Shown in pieces: positions 39,127 to 47,828 of a stretch of DNA of 64,000 nt (the stretch's first letter is position 1; every line of letters begins with the position of its first letter). The notes beneath the pieces are model-generated. The model ran no database searches. It was not told the origin of the DNA and worked only from the letters and a program-made list of their open reading frames with translations. A program made the position numbers and the translations under genes. Source of the stretch: Acidimicrobiia bacterium (GTDB taxonomy: Bacteria; Actinomycetota; Acidimicrobiia; Spongiisociales; Spongiisociaceae); contig VXMP01000022.1 in assembly GCA_009841075.1 (NCBI GenBank), forward strand, positions 10,782 through 74,781. Reading direction: 5' to 3'.

Positions 39127-39623
39127 GGCAAGGCTTCCCTGATGAGGCGGAGGCGCTCCTGATAGTCGGTATCCCTAAGGTCGTGCGCCCACATGATCAA
39201 GGCGTCCTCGTCCTGGTAGAAGCCCTTGCGTATTCCTACCGGGGCCAGCCCGAACTTGCGGTAGAACTCCTGTGCCTTCCAATTGGAGGACCGCACCTCT
39301 AGGGAAAGATGCTCGGCCCCTCCCAGCAACCCTTCCTCCACCAGCCTCAGCATGACCCGAGAACCGAGGGCGGGTACCGGTGCGGGCCGAATGGTAGCAA
39401 GGGTGTTGATGTGGGCATCCTTATCCACCAGCATCAGCCCACCGAATCCGACCACCCTGCCCTGGTAGTCGGCTACCCAATAGGATCGACCGGGCGCAAC
39501 CAGCTCGTTCTCGAAGACTCGACGCGGCCAGGGCGTAAGGAAGGTGGCTTCTTCGATTTCCATCACCTGATCAAGGTCACCCGCCAGCATAGGCCGGACG
39601 ACCACCTCGGGTTTTACTCCCAC
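39123..39623 (-). CDS. rimI: ribosomal-protein-alanine N-acetyltransferase
   Basis: GNAT fold in the tsaB-rimI-tsaD context. GTG start at 39623 preceded by GGGAGGG and overlapping the tsaB stop. Confidence 0.8.
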   Translation of the reverse strand: MGVKPEVVVRPMLAGDLDQVMEIEEATFLTPWPRRVFENELVAPGRSYWVADYQGRVVGFGGLMLVDKDAHINTLATIRPAPVPALGSRVMLRLVEEGLLGGAEHLSLEVRSSNWKAQEFYRKFGLAPVGIRKGFYQDEDALIMWAHDLRDTDYQERLRLIREALP

Positions 39624-40318
39624 AGGCCGCCCTCCCGAAGATGGGCCGACCCCAGGGTTACGTCGGGTTCCCGCATGTATAGTGGTCTTACCTCGTTGGG
39701 GTGATAGAACTCCCCTCTTTCTGCCTTCGGCCATGCCAGCTCGATCAGCGCCTCGGCCGCCGGGTAACGGGGAATCCCGGTGACCACTCCCCGCAGACCC
39801 CGCAGCACAAAACCGGGCAGGGCCTTCCAGTCCCCTACCACCAGAATCTGTCGGTCATCGGATTCCAAGATTCCTCGGAACTGCTTATAGTCGACCAACT
39901 CGGGAAGTGCGTCCAGTGCGGCCCCTCCCGGAACCGGGAGGTATCCGGCCACCGCCACCTCACCGCGCCGCACGTCCACCACCGACCATATATATCTGTG
40001 GCGGGTGGTGGCCCGCAGCGCCAGGGCATCCAACGAGGAGACGCCCAGGATGGGAACCCCCAACATGGTGGCCATGCCCTGGGCGGAGGCGATTCCCACC
40101 CTAAGGCCCGTGAACAGGCCGGGGCCTACGTCCACCACCACGGCATCCAGGTCCTCGGGTCTCCATCCGGCCTGATCGAAGCAGAAATCGACCGCCGGGA
40201 TCAGGAAACCGTCATGTCCTCGAGCCCCCATCCGGGCGGCGGAGGCAACCAGCTGTCGAGACTCCATCAGCGCCACCGAGGAAAGATTGGTCGCCGTATC
40301 GATGCCTAGAACCTTCAT
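39614..40318 (-). CDS. tsaB: tRNA threonylcarbamoyladenosine biosynthesis protein TsaB
   Basis: MKVLGIDTATNLSSVAL start and context. Confidence 0.85.
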   Translation of the reverse strand: MKVLGIDTATNLSSVALMESRQLVASAARMGARGHDGFLIPAVDFCFDQAGWRPEDLDAVVVDVGPGLFTGLRVGIASAQGMATMLGVPILGVSSLDALALRATTRHRYIWSVVDVRRGEVAVAGYLPVPGGAALDALPELVDYKQFRGILESDDRQILVVGDWKALPGFVLRGLRGVVTGIPRYPAAEALIELAWPKAERGEFYHPNEVRPLYMREPDVTLGSAHLREGGLWE

Positions 40319-40779
40319 AGGTTGACCACTATCGCCGGCTCAATAGGTCGGCCCAGCCAGGAGCCCGAAGGAACAAAGCTAATGGTTCGGGGTTCCGAGC
40401 CGGCCCCTTTGATCTCCACGGTCAGACGGGAATCCGCTAAACGGGAGGCGATCATTTCTCCCCATTCGATTACCAGCACCCCGGCTCGGGCTTCTTCTAG
40501 AAGATCGAGGTCTTCGAACTCTCCGGACGATCCCACCCGGTAGAGGTCGGCGTGATAGAGCGGCATAAACCCCTCGAGGTAGGAACGGGCCAGTACAAAA
40601 CTCGGCGATGTCAAGGGCTCATCAACCCCCAAGCCTTCGGCCATGCCGGCCGCCAAAACGGTCTTGCCCGCCCCTAAGGGCCCGGAGAGGAGAATGACGT
40701 CGCCCGGTTGGGTCAGACCGGCCAGGGCGCGCCCGATCCGGCGGGTGTCGGAAGCGGTGGGAGCTTGAACGACTATCAC
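40315..40779 (-). CDS. tsaE: tRNA threonylcarbamoyladenosine biosynthesis ATPase TsaE
   Basis: P-loop LSGPLGAGKT, SPSFVL and LYHADLYR motifs. Confidence 0.85.
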   Translation of the reverse strand: MIVVQAPTASDTRRIGRALAGLTQPGDVILLSGPLGAGKTVLAAGMAEGLGVDEPLTSPSFVLARSYLEGFMPLYHADLYRVGSSGEFEDLDLLEEARAGVLVIEWGEMIASRLADSRLTVEIKGAGSEPRTISFVPSGSWLGRPIEPAIVVNL

Positions 40780-41447
40780 TCGAAAAGCCCGAGTTGACCG
40801 GCGACTTCCTCTTGTAACGCTTCTCCGATATCCGATAGGGGTTCGGGTTGGGGGTCGGCCGCCCGTTGTTCTTGGATCGTCTGCACGGCCAGCTCAAGGT
40901 CGGACCTGATGAGATCTTCCATAGCCGGACCGCTCCGCAGCGCCGCCGCCGGATGAAAGGTGGGTACCACCACCCTTCCCCACCAGGGATAAACCTGTCC
41001 CCTGGTGCGGGTTATGCCGACCGAGGTTTTGAGTAGGAGTTTGGTGGCGAAATTACCCATGGTCATAACCACCTTTGGGTCGATCAGGCGGAGCTGGTCG
41101 ACCAGAAAATGCTTACAGGCCTCGATCTCGTCGGGGCGGGGGTCACGGTTGTTGGGGGGACGGCATTTCACCACGTTGGCTATGTAAACCTGATGACGCT
41201 CCAATCCGACCTGACCGAGCAGCCGATCCAACAATTGACCGGCCCGGCCGACAAACGGCAGCCCCTGTCGGTCTTCGTGATTTCCGGGTCCTTCTCCGAT
41301 CAACATCAGATCCGCCTCCGCGGAACCGTCCGCAAAAACCGCCTGGGTCCTCCCCTCATGAAGACGACAGGCGGTGCACTCGGCAGCCTGGGACGCCAGA
41401 ACCTTCAGCCGTTCTCGGATTTCGGACGGGGTCAAGATTCTTTCCAT
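40776..41447 (-). CDS. uracil-DNA glycosylase, family 4
   Basis: CTACRLHEGRTQAVF, LMLIGEGPGNHEDRQGLPFVGRAGQLL, HPAAALR. Confidence 0.85.
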   Translation of the reverse strand: MERILTPSEIRERLKVLASQAAECTACRLHEGRTQAVFADGSAEADLMLIGEGPGNHEDRQGLPFVGRAGQLLDRLLGQVGLERHQVYIANVVKCRPPNNRDPRPDEIEACKHFLVDQLRLIDPKVVMTMGNFATKLLLKTSVGITRTRGQVYPWWGRVVVPTFHPAAALRSGPAMEDLIRSDLELAVQTIQEQRAADPQPEPLSDIGEALQEEVAGQLGLFE

Positions 41448-41449
41448 GA

Positions 41450-42358
41450 TTAAACGGGTTGTTCGGGGCGGGCACAGGCAACGGCGGAGGCGATAGCCCG
41501 GCCGGTGGCTTCGAAGGCGGCCTCACCCAACCCATCGGGATCGCCTGAACCTAGGCCGCAGGAAACCGCGAAAACCGTGTCGCCATCATATCGGGTGTGG
41601 GAGGGTCGGATACACACCGCCACCGCGTCCTGGGCGCGAACACACAGCCGAAACAGTTCGTTCCTGGTTAGGCGGGCATCCGTGGCGATCGCCACCAGGG
41701 TGGTATTGGTGTGGGCTTGTAGCGCGACCGGGGTGGGTAAGGGGACGACAAACCCGCCGGTAAGAGGCTCGCCTTCCAGGGTGAAAACGTCCCCTACCGA
41801 GTTCACCACCGCCAGTGCCCCCACCGTGGCTTCCCCTACGTCTACCCGGGCGGAACCGAGTCCGGAAGGCTGCACCGCCGAGACCCCCCGCCACTGCGAG
41901 GTGGTAGCGCCCCTACCGGCCCCGCATCGACCTTCTTCCACCGGTCGGGCCGATCGGTTACGAAAGGCCTGCGCCCCTTGGGAGGCACCCGGATGGAAAG
42001 CCGAGGGTCGGTCCAGGTCGTAGATCACGGCGGCGGGAACTATCGGGACGGGCCCGTTGCGGGTGGGATGCCCTCGACCCATAGCCGCCAGCTCCCTGAC
42101 CACCCCGTCCGCCGTTGCCAACCCGAACGCCGATCCGCCGGTGAAAACCAGGGCCTGGATCTGCTGAATCCGCATCTCCGGGCCGAGCAAAGCGGTCTCC
42201 CGACTGCCCGGAGCGGCCCCCCGGAACTCCGCTGCGGCCACGTTGGGTTCGGGGAAAACCATTACCGTCACCCCGGTCTGATCCTCATCCGAGGTCCAGT
42301 GACCCACCTCCACCCCCGGCACGGCGGTCAGGGTGGGGTTGTTCGCCGACCCTTTCAC
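41450..42358 (-). CDS. P1 (DmpA/S58) family aminopeptidase
   Basis: GVEVGHWT...QTGVTVM, and GSAFGL/NT patterns. GTG start at 42358 with a GGGAGG SD, overlapping the upstream stop as GTGA. Confidence 0.8.
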   Translation of the reverse strand: MKGSANNPTLTAVPGVEVGHWTSDEDQTGVTVMVFPEPNVAAAEFRGAAPGSRETALLGPEMRIQQIQALVFTGGSAFGLATADGVVRELAAMGRGHPTRNGPVPIVPAAVIYDLDRPSAFHPGASQGAQAFRNRSARPVEEGRCGAGRGATTSQWRGVSAVQPSGLGSARVDVGEATVGALAVVNSVGDVFTLEGEPLTGGFVVPLPTPVALQAHTNTTLVAIATDARLTRNELFRLCVRAQDAVAVCIRPSHTRYDGDTVFAVSCGLGSGDPDGLGEAAFEATGRAIASAVACARPEQPV

Positions 42359-43488
42359 GAGGCCTCCCGGCGGATCACATAGCTCTCGTTTTGGAACCAC
42401 ACCCCGCCGTAACGCTGCATAACCGACCGGGTTCCGTCGTGATAGGCCCCGAACGCCACCGCATCCTCCATCCTTTTTTCATCGATCTGGGACACATAGG
42501 CGGCGGCATTCCAGGCGGCCAGGATCGAAGAGGTACCGATGTGCTCCTTGGATTCCACCGGCATGGCGCGCATTTCGTAACGAAAGATCGACTCGGCATC
42601 GTCTCTTTCCTCCATCACCAGGTTGCGGTCGGAAGGGTCGTTTAACCGACGAGCGACTTCGGCCAGCAGGGAGCGCCGGTCGGTATGGAAGGGTTCCTCA
42701 TCCGGCCAAAGGGTGTGGATGATCTCCATTCCCGGGTCTTTACCGTAGGCATGGATACCCAGCAGACGCCCTCCCGGGGCCAGCGAACGGGCCAGGGGGA
42801 CGATTACGGTTCGGGCCTTGTGCTCGGTTGAAGTGCGGGCCCGGTAGGGCTGAGAAGCTATGACCAGGTCATATGCGGCCTGGTAGGTGTTCGGATCAGG
42901 AAGAATCCGCCGGAGTATGAACTCCCGATCCTTTCGGTAGATGATGTGCACCGCAGGACGCACATAGATCGGGTTGCCGGTTTGGGGGCTGGTGACCACC
43001 TGCCAGTCCTCCACCACGGTGTCGTTCAGGTTGCGTATCTGTTGGGCAAACTCGAAGGTGGTCGATCCTTCCAGGGCGGTATGTCGCCAATTAAGAGGCC
43101 CTTTACCAGGCCCCGGCCGGAGGTTGGTGGCCTCCCCGTAGGTCATGTTGGACACCACAAACACCATCTCCGGATGCTCCAGGAAACGGTCCGGCAGGCG
43201 ATCAAGGGCGATCCGAACGTCTTCGAGGCTTATTTCCTTGCCCACCACCAGCCAAGGGACGTGGGGGTGTAAGGAGTGGAGGCTGCGCATCACCTCGACC
43301 AGAACGGTGGCGTCCCCCAGACCGGCATCGAAAATCCGCAGGGCATCCGGGCCCGGCTTAATCTTTCTGGCCTCCTGCACGATCCTGGCCGCCACCTGGG
43401 ACTTTTCGGTGGTAGTGGTGATGAACATCATGTAGGCCGCTCGGGTGTCGAAGAATCGAGGGGCACGGTCGGAGCTGGTTACGGCCAT
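42355..43488 (-). CDS. hypothetical protein, possibly a split class I SAM-methyltransferase fold
   Basis: 377-aa ORF with good codon-usage appearance. IFDAGLGDATVL resembles motif I. No other motif recognised. Confidence 0.45.
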   Translation of the reverse strand: MAVTSSDRAPRFFDTRAAYMMFITTTTEKSQVAARIVQEARKIKPGPDALRIFDAGLGDATVLVEVMRSLHSLHPHVPWLVVGKEISLEDVRIALDRLPDRFLEHPEMVFVVSNMTYGEATNLRPGPGKGPLNWRHTALEGSTTFEFAQQIRNLNDTVVEDWQVVTSPQTGNPIYVRPAVHIIYRKDREFILRRILPDPNTYQAAYDLVIASQPYRARTSTEHKARTVIVPLARSLAPGGRLLGIHAYGKDPGMEIIHTLWPDEEPFHTDRRSLLAEVARRLNDPSDRNLVMEERDDAESIFRYEMRAMPVESKEHIGTSSILAAWNAAAYVSQIDEKRMEDAVAFGAYHDGTRSVMQRYGGVWFQNESYVIRREAS

Positions 43489-43532
43489 TTTTCTATCTAC
43501 TCTCTTGAGACCCTACTGTACGCTTCCACCCG

Positions 43533-44675
43533 ATGAAATCGATCACGAATCAGCCCATAGCCCGGCCCACCTATGTGGAGGTTGACCTGGACCGGCTTAA
43601 AACCAACTATCAGGCTATCAAACAAGCAGTGGGGCGGAGGGGGATTATTCCGGTGGTCAAGGCCAATGCCTACGGTCATGGGCTCAAGGAAGTGGCTCGA
43701 TTATTCGAAGCACTGCGACCCCCGGGCCTGGCAGTGGCATTTCTTGAAGAGGGTGTAGCGCTACGGGAGGCCGGAATCAGCGTTCCCGTCCTGGTTATGG
43801 GAGGGCTGGATCACGCCCAGATCGACGGTTTCCTGGATTACAACCTGACCATGACCGTCTCGTCCTTGGATTCCCCGGTCGAGATAGAAACCGCCGCCGC
43901 CCGCCGGGAACGGACGGTCCGGCTGCAGGTCAAGGTCGATACCGGAATGGGTCGGATGGGGATTCGACCGGAAGAAGCCATTCAATTGTTCGAAGCGATA
44001 ACAGCTTCTCCGTTCCTGGAAATCGTGGCCGTCTACAGCCACTTCGCCACCGCCGACGAACCGGACCGAACCCAAACGGAAGACCAGATCCAAACCTTTC
44101 GTGAGGTGGTCTCCTACTTCAGGCGGGCGGGCCTTCCCACCCCCACCCTTCATTTCGCCAACTCGGGTGCCATCCTGCAACATAGTGCCTCCTACTTCGA
44201 TCAGGTACGCCCCGGCATCATGCTCTACGGGGTTTACCCGACCGAACAGGTGGATAAAACGGTGGAGATCGTGCCGGCCCTCACCTGGAAGTCGAAGGTG
44301 GTTTTGACCAAGCGCCAACCGGCCGGCTGCCCGGTCTCGTACGGAGCGACCTGGGCACCCGATCATGACACCCGCATAGCAACCATCCCGATGGGCTACG
44401 GAGACGGCTATCCACGCCGGTTGTCCAATCGGGGTCAAGTGCTGATAAGGGGTAGTCGCTACCCGATTGTGGGACGGGTTTGCATGGATCAATTCGTGGT
44501 CGAAATCGGCCCTAATGCCGACGTGGAGACCGGCGACGAAGTGGTCATCATCGGCACCCAAGGAGACGAGACGATCACCGCCGACCAGGTGTCCGGATGG
44601 GCCCGAACCATCCCCTACGAAATCCTCTCCGGCATCGGAGAGCGCGTCCCCCGCCGTTACACCAACCAAACCTAG
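43533..44675 (+). CDS. alr: alanine racemase
   Basis: PLP-lysine motif VVKANAYGHG and alr length. Confidence 0.93.
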   Translation: MKSITNQPIARPTYVEVDLDRLKTNYQAIKQAVGRRGIIPVVKANAYGHGLKEVARLFEALRPPGLAVAFLEEGVALREAGISVPVLVMGGLDHAQIDGFLDYNLTMTVSSLDSPVEIETAAARRERTVRLQVKVDTGMGRMGIRPEEAIQLFEAITASPFLEIVAVYSHFATADEPDRTQTEDQIQTFREVVSYFRRAGLPTPTLHFANSGAILQHSASYFDQVRPGIMLYGVYPTEQVDKTVEIVPALTWKSKVVLTKRQPAGCPVSYGATWAPDHDTRIATIPMGYGDGYPRRLSNRGQVLIRGSRYPIVGRVCMDQFVVEIGPNADVETGDEVVIIGTQGDETITADQVSGWARTIPYEILSGIGERVPRRYTNQT

Positions 44676-44746
44676 GGTGCGGAACAGGATCGGATCAAGT
44701 ACCGGGGCGACACATCAACCGCCGGTCGATAGGCGGGTGCCGTCCT

Positions 44747-45244
44747 TCACTCTCGCTTGTACAGGCCCATCAGGGCGGCTTTCTCCAGCGTGTTGAAGTG
44801 CAACATGAAACCGACCACCGCCGGCATGGTGTCCGCATCCACCGGCAAGGCCTCTACCGCCACGGCGTGGACGGTAAACAAATAGCGGTGGGGATGGTCG
44901 CCTTCGGGAGGACAGGGGCCGCCATATCCGGGGGTGCCGAAATCGGTTCGGGTTTGCCAGGTACCGGTTGGTATACCGCCCCCATCTCCCGCCCCGGCCT
45001 TCAATTCGGTCGTATCTGCCGGGATATTCACCACCACCCAATGCCAGAAGCCCGAACCGGTAGGGGCGTCCGGGTCGTAGCAGGTGAGGGTGTAACTAGC
45101 CGTGCCTTCGGGAGCACCCGACCACGAAAGCTGCGGCGACCGGTTGCCTCCACCGCATCCGAAGCCGTACTCTTCGGAAAGCACATGATCGATACCCAGG
45201 TAGTCACCGTCCGCAAAGTCGGTGGAAGTAAGCTTCAACGCCAT
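44747..45244 (-). CDS. YbhB/YbcL (PEBP) family protein
   Basis: LSWSGAPEGTASYTLTCYDPDAP...FWHWVVVNIP. Start at ATG 45244 with an AAAGGGGAG SD. Confidence 0.85.
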   Translation of the reverse strand: MALKLTSTDFADGDYLGIDHVLSEEYGFGCGGGNRSPQLSWSGAPEGTASYTLTCYDPDAPTGSGFWHWVVVNIPADTTELKAGAGDGGGIPTGTWQTRTDFGTPGYGGPCPPEGDHPHRYLFTVHAVAVEALPVDADTMPAVVGFMLHFNTLEKAALMGLYKRE

Positions 45245-45356
45245 AAGGGACTCCCCTTTCTTCGGTTTCAATGGCCGAGCCTAATAGCCGCTCCAACTAC
45301 CTTAGAGAGTAGGTTTGTTGACCATTATCCGGCACTTTTGACAAGATCGTTCTGAG

Positions 45357-46376
45357 GTGAACCCGACCATCAAGGGAGTGCTCTGGGCGGTCGCAGCGGT
45401 CGCAATCGGCTCCTGGCTACCCCTCTTCTACCTCTTCAGCCATATCAGCGACGACCCGTTCGCCTGGAGGTCATGGCTATTGGTGTTCCAGGTGGTGACG
45501 CTCCTACCGGCGTTTTTCCTGATCCCGACTGATAACAAGCGGTGGGCGGATAAGGCTCGGGGGCTCCTCTACTACTGGAATCGAGACGGGGAACCCGCCC
45601 GGATAAGCAACCTGTGGGATATGGTCCGGTCCCCCGCCTTCTGGATGGTGGTCTCCTTTGCGCTTGACCTGGCCTTCTGGGTGTGGGCGGCTACTCTGAT
45701 CGACCCGCTGGTGGTGACCATAATCTTCCAGCTGGTGTTGATCGGAATGGTGTGGATGGCCGCCCGGCTGGGCAAGAAAATCGCCGACGAAGACCATCCG
45801 GCCCCTCATTTCATCGGAGCTAAACATTGGACGCTGATGGTCTTTTCCTTCATCGGTGCGGCCCTGGTCATCTGGTCGGAAACCGGCGAAGTCAGTACCC
45901 TGAACTGGGCCGGCATCGTAGTTGCACTGGTGGGGGCCATTACCGCCACCGGCAGCCTCTGGGGAACCGTCTCCACGGGACGCATCATGGGATGGCCTGG
46001 AGGTGGTGCCAACGATCTGGTCTGGAACGCTACTTTTTCGGCGGTAGCCGGAAGAGTTTTCGCCCTTCCCCTCACCATCTTGGGAAGCATCCTGTTCTTC
46101 CCCCCTTCTGAGGACAGCTTCCGGCTGACCTGGAACATGGTGGGTCTGCTCAGCCTGATAGGGGTGTTCAACGCGGCCGGGGCCATGAGCCACCGTTACT
46201 CCCTGTTCGTGACCCCTAGTCTGAGCATCCAGCGGATAATGTTCTTCTCCCCGGTACTGCAGATGGTTTGGTTGTGGAGGTTTGCCGACGTGGCTATAGC
46301 CAATCCTCCGGCCCTTTTGATGGGTACCGCCATCGTGCTGCTCGCCAACCTGGGATGGCAGGGCAAGGCGCTGTGA
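45357..46376 (+). CDS. polytopic membrane protein (DMT/EamA-like?)
   Basis: About 10 predicted TM segments. No diagnostic motif. Confidence 0.5.
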   Translation: MNPTIKGVLWAVAAVAIGSWLPLFYLFSHISDDPFAWRSWLLVFQVVTLLPAFFLIPTDNKRWADKARGLLYYWNRDGEPARISNLWDMVRSPAFWMVVSFALDLAFWVWAATLIDPLVVTIIFQLVLIGMVWMAARLGKKIADEDHPAPHFIGAKHWTLMVFSFIGAALVIWSETGEVSTLNWAGIVVALVGAITATGSLWGTVSTGRIMGWPGGGANDLVWNATFSAVAGRVFALPLTILGSILFFPPSEDSFRLTWNMVGLLSLIGVFNAAGAMSHRYSLFVTPSLSIQRIMFFSPVLQMVWLWRFADVAIANPPALLMGTAIVLLANLGWQGKAL

Positions 46377-46438
46377 CCCGATAAGGCCAACCCACCTAAT
46401 ATCTTTACCCAAACGAATGGCGACCGGGGATCTTCCAA

Positions 46439-47383
46439 TTGACTCCTATACCTTCTGAAGTACCCGACAAGGTCAGGGCTTTCAACAACTGGATAGTCGA
46501 ACAGACCCGAGATGCGGTGCCGGTGTGGGAGGTGGGTGCCCAGGCCGGTCGTCAGGCCAGGGAGGAGGGCAAATCCCTGCTCGGGCCTCCCCGCCTTTCG
46601 TCCCGAGCTTCGGTGCACACCATCGAAGGGCCGGAAACCCCCCTCAAGCTGCGGGTTATCGAGCCGCAAGACCGCCCGGCCCGGGGGCTGTTCCTCCATA
46701 TTCACGGCGGCGGTTGGACCTGGGGCGGACCGCATCATCATGACCCCCAGATGACCGCCCTGGCCGATTCCACCGGCCTGATCACGGTATCCACTTCCTA
46801 CCGACTGGCCCCCGAGCACCCCTATCCGGCCGGCCCGGACGATTGTGAAGCAGCTGCATTGTGGCTTTATCACCACGGCACCGAAGCCTTCGGGCAGGAG
46901 CTGGTGGCAATCGGAGGGGAATCGGCCGGAGGCCATCTTACGGCGGTTACCTGCCTGCGCCTCCGTGACCGGCACGGTCTGACCCCCTTCCGGGCGGCGT
47001 TACTCACCTACGGGATATATGACCTGCGAGGTACGCCTTCGATGAGAGCCTTCGGCGACCAACCGCTCATTTTGAACACCTCGTCAACCGACTGGTTCGT
47101 CCGTCTGTTCGCCGGTGACCACAACCTGGCGGATCCCGACCTCTCCCCTATTTGGGCCGACCTGCAAGACATGCCTCCGGCGCTGTTCACCGCGGGAACG
47201 CTGGATCCGCTGCTGGACGACACCCTGTTCATGGCGGCCCGATGGAAAGCCGCCGGCAACCAAGCTCAACAGGACATTTGGCCGGGCGGGGTGCACGCCT
47301 TTGATCTGTACGACAATGCTTACGGTCGCTCGGCCCGCAACCGAATGCACGAGTTCCTCAACTCCACCCTAAGGCAAACCTAA
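46439..47383 (+). CDS. alpha/beta hydrolase (hormone-sensitive-lipase-type esterase)
   Basis: Oxyanion HGGGW and nucleophile elbow GESAGG. Confidence 0.85.
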   Translation: MTPIPSEVPDKVRAFNNWIVEQTRDAVPVWEVGAQAGRQAREEGKSLLGPPRLSSRASVHTIEGPETPLKLRVIEPQDRPARGLFLHIHGGGWTWGGPHHHDPQMTALADSTGLITVSTSYRLAPEHPYPAGPDDCEAAALWLYHHGTEAFGQELVAIGGESAGGHLTAVTCLRLRDRHGLTPFRAALLTYGIYDLRGTPSMRAFGDQPLILNTSSTDWFVRLFAGDHNLADPDLSPIWADLQDMPPALFTAGTLDPLLDDTLFMAARWKAAGNQAQQDIWPGGVHAFDLYDNAYGRSARNRMHEFLNSTLRQT

Positions 47384-47404
47384 AGCCCGAATCCACCGAT
47401 AGGG

Positions 47405-47815
47405 AAGGGCGGTTCAAGCTACTTGGGGAACGTTTTTTCGCCTTCTCAAAATTAGGGGTTGAAAAACCCGGAAAGCCATGATACGTAGAGGGTTGCCAAG
47501 CACCGAAGGCCGGGCAAGAGGAGTGGAACCCCGATCGAATCCCCGGCAACTCAGGGAACATAAACGTATGGAGCGAAAGCCAAACAGTAGTCTCCCGGCT
47601 TCAGTCCGGGCATGGCTCACCACGCTCCTTCTTCGGAGGCGGTGGCGGGGGCTGGGGCCCGGCGTAGCCGGGTGAGGTGTGCCGTTTTTCGCTTCCTGTG
47701 AGCGTTTTCCCCAGTTTATAGGGCGTTTTCTATGACCCAGATTAGGGCTTCTCAATGAACTTTTAGGTGAGGCTTACTGGTGACCGGTGAACTATAGGTT
47801 CGGAACGTTGTTGGT
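47405..47815 (-). repeat. structured intergenic repeat / candidate ncRNA, copy B
   Basis: The reverse complement aligns by eye with 32190..32560, including the bracket motifs and hairpins. Carries an extra insertion of about 40 nt near 47705..47750. Confidence 0.6.
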
Positions 47816-47828
47816 CAGGCTGCGACCC

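Noticed and set aside
39624-39734. N-terminal extension of the rimI ORF
   Set aside because: It overlaps the tsaB coding region. The GTG at 39623 with a GGGAGGG SD gives a normal-length GNAT protein.
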